Positions 22,593-34,160 of a stretch of 64,000 nt of DNA are shown here, in pieces. Position numbers and translations under genes: made by a program. How positions within the stretch are numbered: position 1 is the stretch's first letter; every line of letters begins with the position of its first letter. Origin of the DNA: Amphiscolops sp. MND2022 (Eukaryota); NCBI GenBank assembly GCA_964187785.1, contig OZ076421.1, positions 46,748,001-46,812,000 on the forward strand. Reading direction: 5' to 3'. The notes beneath the pieces were generated by a model. It was not told the origin of the DNA. It made no database searches and saw nothing but the letters and a program-made list of their open reading frames with translations.

Positions 22593-25123
22593 TTAGTAGG
22601 GACTAAGTTTTATAAAGACTTTAGCGGGGCTTTCCGGTAAAGCTATTACATTTTGTACTATGGGGTCATAGTCCTGTGAATTAATATTATTACTATTGTT
22701 TGGGTGTGTCTTTTTCGGTGATTGAATTGTTGAATTTTTACTTGTATATTTAGGAGGCAAGTAATTGGAGTCGGTATCGGAGTATCTTCTCATTTTATTG
22801 TATGTTTCCGTTTCCGGCAAGAGGATATTATCATTTTCGCTTGTGATGATGTTGTGTTTAGTATATATCCGTTTTCGTTTTCCTGTATTGTTTAAATCAG
22901 TTACCATTTCTAATGTAACTATATTTAAAAGGTATGAACTATTGAACTCAAAATGGAAATGTTGCTTTCGAGCTTATATTTTACACTAATTGTCCTGTAA
23001 AATTTGAGTAAAAATGTTAAAGCTTCTCTGATGAAAAGACATGTTGAAAAATAGATTCCACATTGTGTTAAAACATAACATGGATATCCAAAGAAATTAA
23101 TGAATGCTTGACTGAACTAGTCAGGGTTAAAAAGTGGTAAGAGGTTTAATAAATGGTCATGTATTCCAATTCCTAAATGATTACAATGATTGGATCCTGA
23201 ATGAGAGTGACGTTCATTATGTACTGTAAAGAAATCATAACTTAATGATTTTCCAAGTAATTGAAAAGTGGTGTCTGAGTGTTTGATCTAATTCTGCATT
23301 TGAGTATATACCAGCGTCTTGGGCGGTAAATGTGTTAGGTGTTATTGTTGTTTTAATTTGAGTAGGTTTAAACATTTGTGGTGCTTCCCGTTTAAGAGGT
23401 GTTAACACATAAAAATCATCTGAATCAGGGTCTAATTCGATTATATTTTGTGGGTTATTTCCACATTCAATTGGTGTTGCATAGTTAAAAGTTTGTCTTG
23501 TTATAGGATCAACATACATTATAGTTTCTCTATAGTGTATGGGAATTCTATCAAAGCATTTATCTGCCTTGTAAAGAGGTGATGACAAAACGAGGACAAT
23601 CATACAGCCAGGCTGTAGATCCTTAAACGTAGAGGAAATTGATACGATTTCCAGTTAAAAGAAAACCGGCTAATTGAGGATTCTTAACTGACATAGCTAA
23701 GATTGTTAACAATTGAGTTCTTTCTAGTTCACATACTGTGTGAAGTGTTTTTAATTCTTGTACAGACATTGATTTAAATACATGATTTATGGTTAAATCA
23801 ATCTTCGTATTAATCTGAGCATCATAGTCTAAAGTGGCAAAATTGTTTGATTTATTTAATACAGGGAGTACATATTTTTTATTTGTATTGCCATATTGCA
23901 TTTGTCCACCAGTTCTTTGATCTATCATTGAGTGTGGTCTTGGTTGTCCAGTGTTCATATCAAAACCAGCTAAGTATGTAACAAAGATCTCTTCATATTG
24001 TGTTGAGTATAATGGATCTGGTTTGCCACAAAAAGTTTGAGCAATTAGATATATCTCAAATCTGGAAAGGCTTGGAATATTCACGGTTGGCTGCGGTGTT
24101 TTAGTATTTGGGAATTTTGTTGCTTCTATTCCTTCGGTTTGAAATTTTTGTGTGATATTTGAGGCTTCAATAAAGGTATCAGTTTCTATCCAAAGACGGT
24201 CTTTAATTCTTGTCATTCTTCCAATGAATTCTTGTAGTTGAAATATGAAGCAAATTTTTTCATCAAACCATGTCAATGTATATGGAGTCTTTGTTGTTGG
24301 TTTACAAAATCCGTCTGAAAGGTAACATGGTAATATATGTCCATCATGAATCAGTTGATTGTTTTTATCATCAAAGTCCATTATTGTATTGACTATTCGA
24401 AGTTTCCAACTTTGTCGGGTAATTAAATGTTCTCGGTCACTTCTACAACTTGAGTAGGAATTTTTGTGTAAAATTAACTATCCAGTCGGGATAATTTTCA
24501 TCAAATACAAATGTTCAAATATGCCAAGTGTTTAAATTTGTTACTCTAAATGGTTTTTGAATTCGTTCAATTCTATTTTGATAATTACTATCATCAAATA
24601 ATGAGAAGGAACTTTGTATATTATAGTTGTTTAATTCTTCACTATCTGTGGCGTTTAAATATCTTATCATGTTTTTGCATTCGATAGGGTCAAGTATTTT
24701 TGGGAATTCTAATGTGTTTTGTCCCCATTGTAAACAATCATTTCGTCTACTAGATGTGAATGTTTGTGAACACCACACCTTTTTAGTTTTTATATATGCT
24801 TCGCATTTGAAGACTTTAATTCTTTTGGCTGTTGCTCGAACATCAACTGTTGCTTAGGTTTTTGTGTGTTGTATATCTGAGGGTGCTTGTTTACATGGTT
24901 CAACGTTTAGTAAGCTAACTTGTCTTAGGTTATTTTGTTTTGCACAGTCATAATGAGATACCATTAAGGTTAAAATGTTTGGGTCTTGTTCTGAAAGGTG
25001 ATTTTCGGAATTTGTTGTATCAACTTTAGGAACCGATGAGGAATGAACTAAGTGTATTATGTATGCGTATTTGACAGCGTGTATAATGTATACAATGTAT
25101 AAGTCAAAATGTGTGTTGTTCAT
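22593..25123 (-). pseudogene. env-like glycoprotein pseudogene, chuvirus G / gB-like class III fusogen type
   Basis: Hydrophobic N-terminus; SHYDC..LRQVSLLNVEPC; FKCEAY...VWC; VCELERTQLLTILAM...NPQLAG; CFDRIPIHY...VDPITR...IEC; AGIYSNAEL; hydrophobic segment FFGYPCYVLTQCGIYFSTCLFI near 23000-23090. Broken by stops and frameshifts. Confidence 0.75.
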
Positions 25124-25164
25124 TGTTAAAATATTGTTCTATAATTAAGTCCTGAGTTCTATAA

Positions 25165-28100
25165 TTAAGTCCTTATAAGTACTGTTCTAATTTCTGGTAA
25201 ATCTGCGTCACAAAGATAGGATATAGATGTGACTAAAAATGGTGAGGGAGTTGTTTTATGTGCTACCCTTGTCGAAAGAGAAATTGGGTGAGGTCTGAAT
25301 GAGTTGAAAGTAACTTCAACTTCAAATTTTAATACTAATTGGTCTTCTTGTAATCTTTGTAATTCTCTTTGTTTTCTTTGAGTGGAAAGAGAGCTAGTGT
25401 TTATAAATCTAATGGGTAATACCGTATATCGAGGGTCTTCGTTAAAACTGCGAACGGTTCTTGAGTTAACACGGATGGGGTTTTCGTGTGGATTTGGTGT
25501 AGGAGGTCTTGAATAATCTTCTAAAAAATATTCAGGTAATTGTATAGATGAGTTAGATTGTATTGAACTAGGTGAAAAAACTTGTGAAAAATTAGCGGCA
25601 CAGTCGGGTATAGTTTGTGGATCTTCAGAAAGAAGAGATGCTCTTTCAAATCCTGAGGTGACTTGAAATGGTAGTGACAAAGAAGATGGTATTGTAGGAT
25701 GAGATGAGGAAAGAGAGGGAGTATCTAATCTGGGTTGTGCTTGTTGTCTAACTAGTCTTGAATTAGTACTAGAACTAGTTAAAGATTTTAATTCTTGAGA
25801 ATTTCGTCTTTGTTGAGATCTTAGGTTGTAAGTATGTCGTGGTACTCTAGTACTAGCAGTTGAATCAGAGTCTTTATCTTTTTGATGTAAATCTGTTAAA
25901 GAAGAAGTAGTTGTTGATTGTACACGTTGTAATTCTAATCTTGGATAAAATTGTGAAAATGTGAAAGAACTTAGTTCTGAGGGTGAGCTAATTGGTAGTT
26001 CCGGTAATTTCTTTAAAGGTTATTGAAGTTTGACTTGTTGATGGTAAAGTATGATTTTTTGGTAGTGTAAACAAAGGTGATTTTATTTGTGTTTTGGTTG
26101 CTGTTGGTACCTTATGTGGGCACGGAGTAATATATTGGAGAACAGAACTTGGATCAGGGATATGAAAAGGGTGGGTAGTAGGAATTGGTGGAAGAGGAGG
26201 TCTATTTAGAATACTTGAAGTATCTTGTACAGTATTTTGAGTTGTAATTGATTCATCACAAGAATCACTTGTTGGTGAATTGGTTTCTAAAAAGAGCAAA
26301 TTTTGTGGAAAGGTTTGTGGTTGAGTTGTTATAACTGACGTTTGAGTTTGAAGTATAGGAGTTTTAGTAGGTGTAGCTGGTGCTCTATCAGGAGGATTTG
26401 GAGCAGATGGGCTAGGATTTGAAGAAGAGGAATCCAGTATGTCTGTACCTGAGTTTAAATATGCCGCATATTCAGGTAATGTTTGGAGTGAATGTGTTGA
26501 ACTAGATGAAGGGGAATGTGTATTTCTATCTATTTTGAAATCTTTTAATTATGTATTTTTCATGTTAAATTGTTGTTTTGTTTTTGTTTTATTTCTTTAT
26601 TCAATTTCACGTTTAGTTTCAAAACTGTCTTTCTTTCAACATTCGGCTTCAAAATGAAAACTTTCTTTCTTTCAGAGGGATTTTTGAGAAAATGAAATTA
26701 TATCATTTTCACCGAGGACAAGTCGGTAGTCTTTTCGTGATTGTGGACGGAAGTTGTATCTATTGGAGGGGTGTCTTCGGGGATTAATAAAATTAACGTA
26801 ATCGTGAATATCTTATTGATTTTCTGATGTGGTATTATTGGATTTTGGTTTATTTTGTCGAAACGGAAATGAAGAATATTGACTAAATGGTTCTGGTTGG
26901 AAGTCAATTGTGGATGGTATATTTGCTTTATTAGAGTTTGAATGAGTGTACTGGTCGTCATCAATTGATTGTTCTTCGTCGGAGAAAAAATCAAAAGTTT
27001 GAAGCGGGTCATTTAAATCCGAGTCATTAGAAGTATCAAGTGAATGAGGGTTATATTGTTGTACAAAAAGGAAAAATGATTGGTTCTTTTAGATAATAAG
27101 GAACTAAATGATTTCTATGAATGTGAGCAGTGTAACCATCTTGATTAACGATTTCATATGTTATATCAGAAATTTTATTTTTGATTTTGAATGGTCCAAT
27201 TCTGAGAGGTTTCATTTTGTCTGAAAAGAGAACATGGAGAAAATTTCTTTTTAGTACGAATTTACCAATGTCTCAGGGTCTTGGAATATGGTATGTTTTG
27301 TTAAAATAAGCAAATGAATTAATTTTTCGTTTAGTATTTTCGAAAACAGTATGGTATATTTGCATCATAGCAGTTTCAGTAGCTAAAATCCATTGTGGAA
27401 TTGGTTTTGATAAAATTTTATGAAAAAAAGGTTTAAATTGGATTTATCATAATGCGTGTGAAGTGGTAATTCTTGACAAAATTGAGATGTACAATTTCTA
27501 TTTGTATCTCTTTGAAGATTGAGTTCAAACTTGATTGGAATTCTTGGTAAAGTATGAACTACTATTTCGTAAGGTGAAAGATTCAGTTCAGAAAGTGGTT
27601 GTGAATTATGTGCATGAGCGTACATATGGACTTGAGTAGACCAATTTTCTGGGGTATTGTGTAAGAAAAGTCTAAGATGAGTTCCAAGGTTTCTATTTTG
27701 ATTTTCTACTAAACCATTTGTCCATGGTGCATAAGGAGTTTTTGGTGAATGTCTAATTCCCATTGTAGTACAAAGATTTGCAAATTCCGACTTAATGTAT
27801 TCTGAACCACGGTCTGTAACTAAATATACAGGGGGTCCAAATTTGGTAATCCAATGATGTAGTAGAGAGTTAACAGCGTTTTGCGCATTATTTTGTTTTA
27901 TGGGCACTGTTAATACAAAGTGACTGAAAGCGTCTACTATAACATGAATGTAGGAGTTTTGATTTGATGATGGATTTATAGGTCCTTTTATATCCATTGA
28001 TATCCGATAGTTAAAATATGAAGCATTTTCTAAATATGTTTGTATTGATGTAGTTTGAATTTTCTGATTAATGTGTTTGTTCTGTTGACATTCAATGCAA

Positions 28101-29597
28101 TCATGGATGAATATCGACATCCATTTGTTTAAATATGGTATGAAATAAAATTGGTTAAAAGCTTTGATGGATAGTTTTATTCCTGAGTGTCTTTGTGCGT
28201 GAAGTTTGTTGAAAGCTGCATGAAATAGTTTAAATGGTAAACATATTTTGTCTCTATGGCTTGGGTTTGAATCATGAAGATTAGGGTAATCTATATGAAT
28301 GATTTTTGTCTCATGATCAATATATAATTGAATAAAGAGTTTGTAGTTTACTAAGAGGAAGGAATTACTTGCTAATATTGGGTCTATTTGTGAAAGCATA
28401 TCACTAGTTGTTAGCCAATGATAAACGGTTTGTAATACAGGGTAGTGTTGTTGTTGAGATTTTATTGTTTCAATCGTGATTTGTGTATTTTCTGGTAAGA
28501 AGAAGTATTGACAGTATCTTTTATATTTGAAGAAAGAAGGGTCAAAAAATGGAACTTGTTGATTACAGTAATCAGATTTAGTAGGATATTGTATTGCCAG
28601 CGTTTGTTCTTTTAAGGTGTTTATATTTGGATTAACGTTTTGGGTTTGAGTTGGTTCATCGTCATCACTAAGGATATCAGTGTCATTAAGAATAGTTGAT
28701 TGTTATAAGAGTGATTTTGTATGGAACAATATATTGGAAAGAGAATGAGTTTAAGGGTTTTTATATGAATGTCTTCTCCTTTATTGATTATTCGTATGGA
28801 GAATTGATCGTCTACAAAATCAGCAAGAATTAGATGGCAATAATTTTTTTGTTTGTATTTGATTTTTTCATGTTTCACTAAATAATGTACTGGTTTAAGT
28901 TGATTATCTTTCAGTATAGAGAAGTCTATCTGAGGCGGTAAGTGTTTATGTCTTAATTGATGTGATTGGAGTTGTTCTTTTGTAAAAGTTCTTGAAAGCA
29001 TATCTGTTACAGTTAAATTTTTTCCAGGAGTATGGATAATTTTCAGTTTGGAAAATTTTGTTAATTGCATTTGTGCTCTGTAAAATCTAGGACTAAGGTT
29101 TCCCTTTTTTGCGAAACAATGGAGTAGTGGTTTGTGATCTGTAAAGATGTATATTGGATGAGGAGATCCAAAAATGAGAACTTCGTATATTTGTAGTGCG
29201 TAAACTATTGCAAGGAGTTCCCTATCTAAAGTTGAAAGTTTTTGTACTTGTGTATTAAGAATTCTTGAATTGTAAGAAATAAGTTTCCTTTTGTTTGTTT
29301 CATTCATTTGGAATATGACTGCGCCTAAACCAACTAAGGAAGCGTCTACTGTTTTGTATTAACAAAAGAATGTTTTGTATTAGGTATAGTTAATTCAGTA
29401 TCTGCCGTCATTGCATTTTTGACATCTTGAATTTTTTTTTCTAGTTCAGATGTCCATTGAAATTTAACATCATCATGTAATAAGGTGTACAATGGTTTAA
29501 GGTTTATATGGAGTTTTTCGAATATATGAATATATGAATTTTGAATAAATGTTAACTGATATACCAGATATGTATATGTTTCATGATTTATAGTCAT
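25165..29597 (-). pseudogene. pol remnant of element B: RT connection, RNase H, integrase and low-complexity tail
   Basis: RELLAIVYAL and FTDHKPL (28621-29307); HAQRHSG...CIEC, SMDIKGP, VTDRGSE, LVENQN (27383-28399); IGPFKI near 27190; YNLR near 25825. Confidence 0.92.
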
Positions 29598-29888
29598 TCC
29601 TCCAACCCCCCGTATGTCTAGACTTTAGAACAATGCACTTGATTAATGTACTCGATTAATATTCTAGATGTAAAACTAAATAACTGATGTACCTACTTTA
29701 TATTCTGTACCATGCATTCTGATTTATAACACAACTTGAATCCTAATCATAACATCAAACGAACGTTTCAATTCTTAATAAATAATAACACCAAACTAAT
29801 ATCAATTACTTTACCTGGTGCGACAATTTCGTTTCTTTCCTTTTCTAAACCAATTTTGTAATACAATTTTCCTTCCATTTCGAATATC

Positions 29889-30190
29889 CTTCTGTACTAA
29901 TCACCAAAGTGATTCGACTCATTGTCGGTACACAACGCAAACCTTCTTCTGTACTAATCACACACAGTGGTTCGACCTAGTAGTCGGTACATCAAATCCT
30001 TCTGTACTAATCACCTTTTGTGATTCAGCTACGCGCTGGTAAAACACCCTCTTCTGTACCAATCACCTTTGTGATTCAGCTACGCGCTGCTACAACACCC
30101 TCTTCTGTACTAATCACCTTTTGTGATTCAGCTCCGCGCTGGTACACCCACTTCTTTCATCGTAATCACTTTTCCCGTGATTCCACTTTT
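29889..30190. repeat. Tandem array of about six 49-57 bp units with internal hairpins
   Basis: CTTCTGTACTAATCAC-type heads at about 29889, 29947, 29999, 30051, 30102 and a degenerate one at 30151; each has AATCAC-loop-GTGATT (GTGGTT in unit 2). Confidence 0.9.
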
Positions 30191-30465
30191 AGCTAGTATA
30201 ACTTTCTTTTTCATTTTTTGTATCCCATTTTTAAAACACAAATTTCATCTTCATAACTCCTTCCTGTTCACCCTTCTCCAAGTTGTTCCATGCCTTCCCT
30301 TAATGACTCCGTTTGTATTTGTTTAATCCTCCTCTACATTTTTGGTCTTTGCGCCATTTTTCTTCTCCTTGTTGACAAATTTATCCTTCATTTCCTCCCC
30401 CATGATATTGACCAATACCGAACATAATTTCCGCTTTTTTCATTTATGTTTCTTACCGAAAGTCT

Positions 30466-30666
30466 TNNNNNNNNNNNNNNNNNNNNNNNNNNNNNNNNNN
30501 NNNNNNNNNNNNNNNNNNNNNNNNNNNNNNNNNNNNNNNNNNNNNNNNNNNNNNNNNNNNNNNNNNNNNNNNNNNNNNNNNNNNNNNNNNNNNNNNNNNN
30601 NNNNNNNNNNNNNNNNNNNNNNNNNNNNNNNNNNNNNNNNNNNNNNNNNNNNNNNNNNNNNNNNNN
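30466..30666. other. Assembly gap (N run)
   Basis: About 200 N bases; contiguity across the gap is not verifiable. Confidence 1.
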
Positions 30667-31028
30667 TCACAAAGTAAAATTATAGTTGTTTTTTTGTTTT
30701 CAACATAACCGTTTTGCAGTCTTCTGGTTTGGAGCTCCTTCTGGGTTTTGGGACACTTTCAGGTCACTTTCGAGGGTCAAAAGTTCGAATCGGTTTACAA
30801 CATCAATCACCAAGATAGTAATTCTGAACAAATTTGAGATGTATGGAAGTCGTGCCTTCACATCATGATCCTGTCACTGATCTGCAATTTGAACTTCGAA
30901 GGTCTCGTCATGGAATGGAGACCCTATCATCACTCCCCGCCTGCCTCGTGACGAATGGGGTCGTCCCCCTGCTGCCCGCCTCAACTAAAGGTTGTCACCT
31001 GCTTGGAATATGGGTCTCTCCCTGTGGC

Positions 31029-31078
31029 TATGACGAGTTATGACGGGTAAGACGGTTATGACGAGTTATGACGGAGTG
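31029..31078. repeat. Short 10-bp-period repeat (TATGACG motif)
   Basis: TATGACGAGT TATGACGGGT AAGACGGT TATGACGAGT TATGACGGAG. Confidence 0.8.
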
Positions 31079-31448
31079 AGATTTAAATGACGAGAAAAAA
31101 AACGAATTGAATGACGTTGAAGTATAATTAGAGTATATACCTCTATGGCCATCATGATGAAACAGTAGTTTTCGGGAACTAAAGTCTGTTTAGTAGAAAA
31201 CAATAAAATAGGGTGTTTATTGGTGCTTTTTTATCAGCGTAAATCGAAGCATCAATGATTTTGAAATATATGTTTTAATCAAATAACAAATGGCAAAAAG
31301 AACATAAACGAAACAATTATGACAAATATTAGTGAACAACACTTTCTGAACTGAATAGCACGGCCTTTTCGAGAGCATTTTTTCAAGGTTATGTGAAATG
31401 ACAAATGGTAAAAATGCAAAATAATCAGGAAATCTTTTCTTAAATATT

Positions 31449-31521
31449 TGCCGGTTCCGAGAATCGAACCGGTAATCTTATGATCCCGAAGCCGATGCTC
31501 TACCGACTGTGCTAAAGCGGC
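31449..31521 (-). pseudogene. tRNA-like sequence (tRNA pseudogene or SINE head), Arg-TCG-like
   Basis: 73 nt; acceptor stem GCCGCTT/AACCGGC with one mismatch; A box TAGCACAGTCGG; B box GGTTCGATTCT; CTTCGGGATCATAAGATT resembles the tRNA-Arg(TCG) anticodon region, but the anticodon stem is broken. Confidence 0.7.
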
Positions 31522-31799
31522 TTAAAAACGATTAATTTCTATTTACTTTTATTCTTTCCAAGCTATTGTTTGCCAACTTTCACTGCAGATCAACAACTTT
31601 GTTGTTGCTACGAGATTTTAGGTGCAAAAATTGTTGTTTCTTAGGGATGGATCATCAGCAAATAGTTAAACTCTTGCCCGATGACGAACGCACACCGGAA
31701 CAAGGTTCATTGTTGGCTCCTATTTAAGGACTAATGGACAAGCTAGTGGAGGACAATAATGAATAATGCGATCGAACGTCCTACCAAGTCTCCGGCCTA

Positions 31800-32912
31800 A
31801 GTTCTCGAGTGAAACTTCCAAAACTCGACCTGCCACTGTTCGACCGTAAGTATACTGAGTAGACTCCTATCTGCGATCAATTCAACGCCTCCATCTACAG
31901 CAAATCCTCTTTGGCCGAATCACAGAAGCTCAACTATGTGAAGCGTGCACTCCTGGGAGAGCCTACCACGGTGACCTCACAGTTCACAATCACCGATGAT
32001 AACTATGCTGCTGCTCGTGCACTCCTTCAAGCTCTCTTGAACAAACGATAGTTGCTCCACAGCTACCTTGCTCTGAAGGTGAACCACGCCATTGATTCGA
32101 GGGAGTTGCAAACGACAACAGTAGAACACATTGTGGCCTAGCGGAATCCGGGGGTTAACAATATTCATCGTTTGGTTTCATTGCTGAGGATCTGTTTCCA
32201 GGAATCACGAATCAATGAGGACTGCATTAATTCGATGAGCTGAGTATCTTTGAGCCCCAGAAACTATATGATCTCCTCGTTCTTCTGGAAACTCGTGTTC
32301 GGGCTCTTGAAGCTATCACTTCCAAGACAACGTCCGAGAGCTTCAAGGTGAAAACGAACCCGAACTCTACAAACTATTCCTACCTCGGTGCACAACCTCG
32401 ATCGATCCTGCCCAGTATGCAAGACATCCAATCTACATGTGCTCTTTCTTCAATCAGATCAGAAGTGTTCAGAGATTAGACAAAACCGAGACAAAACAGA
32501 GATTAGCAAGATCTGGCGCACTTGTAGTGGGAAGCAGCCCAGCTTGCTTCACAAAGATCAACAGCTTGTGGAATACATTGGGCATTTTAAAAACTCGTCA
32601 TCTCAAAGATCGATTCAAAGCGCCATCAGTGCCGTTCGAGTAGAACAGATATGTCAATCTCACCGCATTTCTTGTTTCTAGTTCAAAAATGAATGTCACT
32701 ACCACCCAGGCGACCCAGAGGCTCGGCCTACCTCAAAACGAACAGCCTGTGACCTACTCTGAGATAGGAAGCACTAACTTGCCTCGCACCTCAGCAGCTG
32801 TAACCCTAGACCTCTATAGTCCCTGCAAGGAACAACTAACTTAAACATTTTTGGTTCTCAAAATGATCACTTTTGATCTTCCATCTTCGGGACTGAACTT
32901 GTTGGCTAAGGT
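31800..32912 (+). pseudogene. Decayed BEL/Pao gag remnant (DUF1759-like), interrupted by element C
   Basis: VKLPKLDLPLFD...DQFNASI...SLAESQKLNYVKRAL, DNYAAARALL, Cys-rich region ending CSGKQPSLLH, LVLKMITFDLP; many stops. Confidence 0.8.
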
Positions 32913-34160
32913 TGTCCCAGGCGGCCGCCTGTGATGGAAACGTCTACGCCATTCCCCAGGGAGCTATAATGACCAACACGACACCAAACAACCTGCCTCT
33001 ACTTTAAACCCAAAACTTGCCACCCTAGAGAACTTTTAATTATTGAAGTCATCCAATACTATTATCATGCTATACAACGCCCTTTAGGGACTGTAAATAC
33101 ATGTAAAACTAGTAAAATTTGTACTGAACAGTGTGCACTGCATGTCCAATAGACACTTGTGGACACGCCTGTCATGAAATTCATTTAGACTACCATGATG
33201 CATGTACATGCAGTTAGTGCTAGAGTGTAGTGATGAATGTAGTATTTGAAATTACTAGAGAGTTACCCTTCATCAAACAAACACCGCGGTGCTATATTTA
33301 GGAACACCTGAGCGGTGTCTTTGATGTCATAAATGATGTCATACATAACCCATTTGGAGCTATATATAGAATTACTCACATTTGAAAGTCATGCAATATT
33401 CTATATTTAGAAGATGATCACCCTAAAATTGAAGGTCATGTCAACCCGTGTGATATAAATACGGAGGCCCCAAAAGGAGGGGACACAAGTTAGTTGACAC
33501 TCATTACGAAACACAACTTGTAAAATTACGTTTTACGATTGCTTGTAATATCTGAATTCTGAAATTCAACTTACAAAGCTGCCCATTTTATTGAAATGCC
33601 CTCTACCAGGAGTAAGAAAGCGAAAGCGAGGAGGTCAAGGGAAGCAGACATGTTATCAGACATGGAAAACTTGGATGTCATGCTGGGTAGCGGTGAGTAC
33701 AATCAGATAAAAAGAGATATCGATCAAATGACAGGCTTTTCTAATTTGTTGAACAGGGGTGATGACGAAGAAAATCACTCAATGAGAGGTAATTCCTCTC
33801 AAGAAAACGAAATTAGAAATATGCCTGAAAATAGGGGCAATTCTAATCTATCCAGGGAGTTAGATGTATTGTCCGGTGAAATAAACCTAAGGATCTCACA
33901 AGAGATAAATAGTTTGTTAAATGGAATGAACTCGCAAATTGAAAATGCAATAAATTCCGCAATCAGTGAGAGAATCATTCCTCAAATGCAAGGCGTAGTT
34001 GAGACTGTGTTGAGCAGACAAGTTGGGAATGTCCAATCTTTGTCCGGAAGACCTCAAACTACAACTGAAGATGTTCGCAACGTGGATGAAAATAACTTAC
34101 ATAACAGGTACTCCCGTTCTCATCAAAACCTAACAGGAACAGAGGATGAGAGTCCTTACA
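32913..34160 (+). repeat. 5' LTR of element C (1248 bp), containing the first 188 gag codons
   Basis: Starts TGTCCCAGG, where identity with 46805 begins; ends CCTTACA directly before TGGTGACAGG; about 13 differences from the 3' copy over ~1180 bp by manual count. Confidence 0.85.

Larger units (their letters stand above)
19831..29600 (-). mobile_element. Element B: decayed, 5'-truncated env-bearing Ty3/Gypsy element (boundaries approximate, LTRs not identified)
   Basis: Co-oriented fragments of RNase H, integrase, an S/T/P-rich tail, env and further ORF remnants; many stops and frameshifts; gag and the RT core are absent above ~29600. Confidence 0.85.

Noticed and set aside
29889-30190. CRISPR array or hammerhead ribozyme array
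   Set aside because: The variable parts are short loops inside conserved stems, not unique 25-45 nt spacers; there are no cas genes; the context is eukaryotic; no CUGANGA/GAAA core is present on either strand.
30342-30685. ORFs spanning the N run
   Set aside because: Artefacts of translating the assembly gap.
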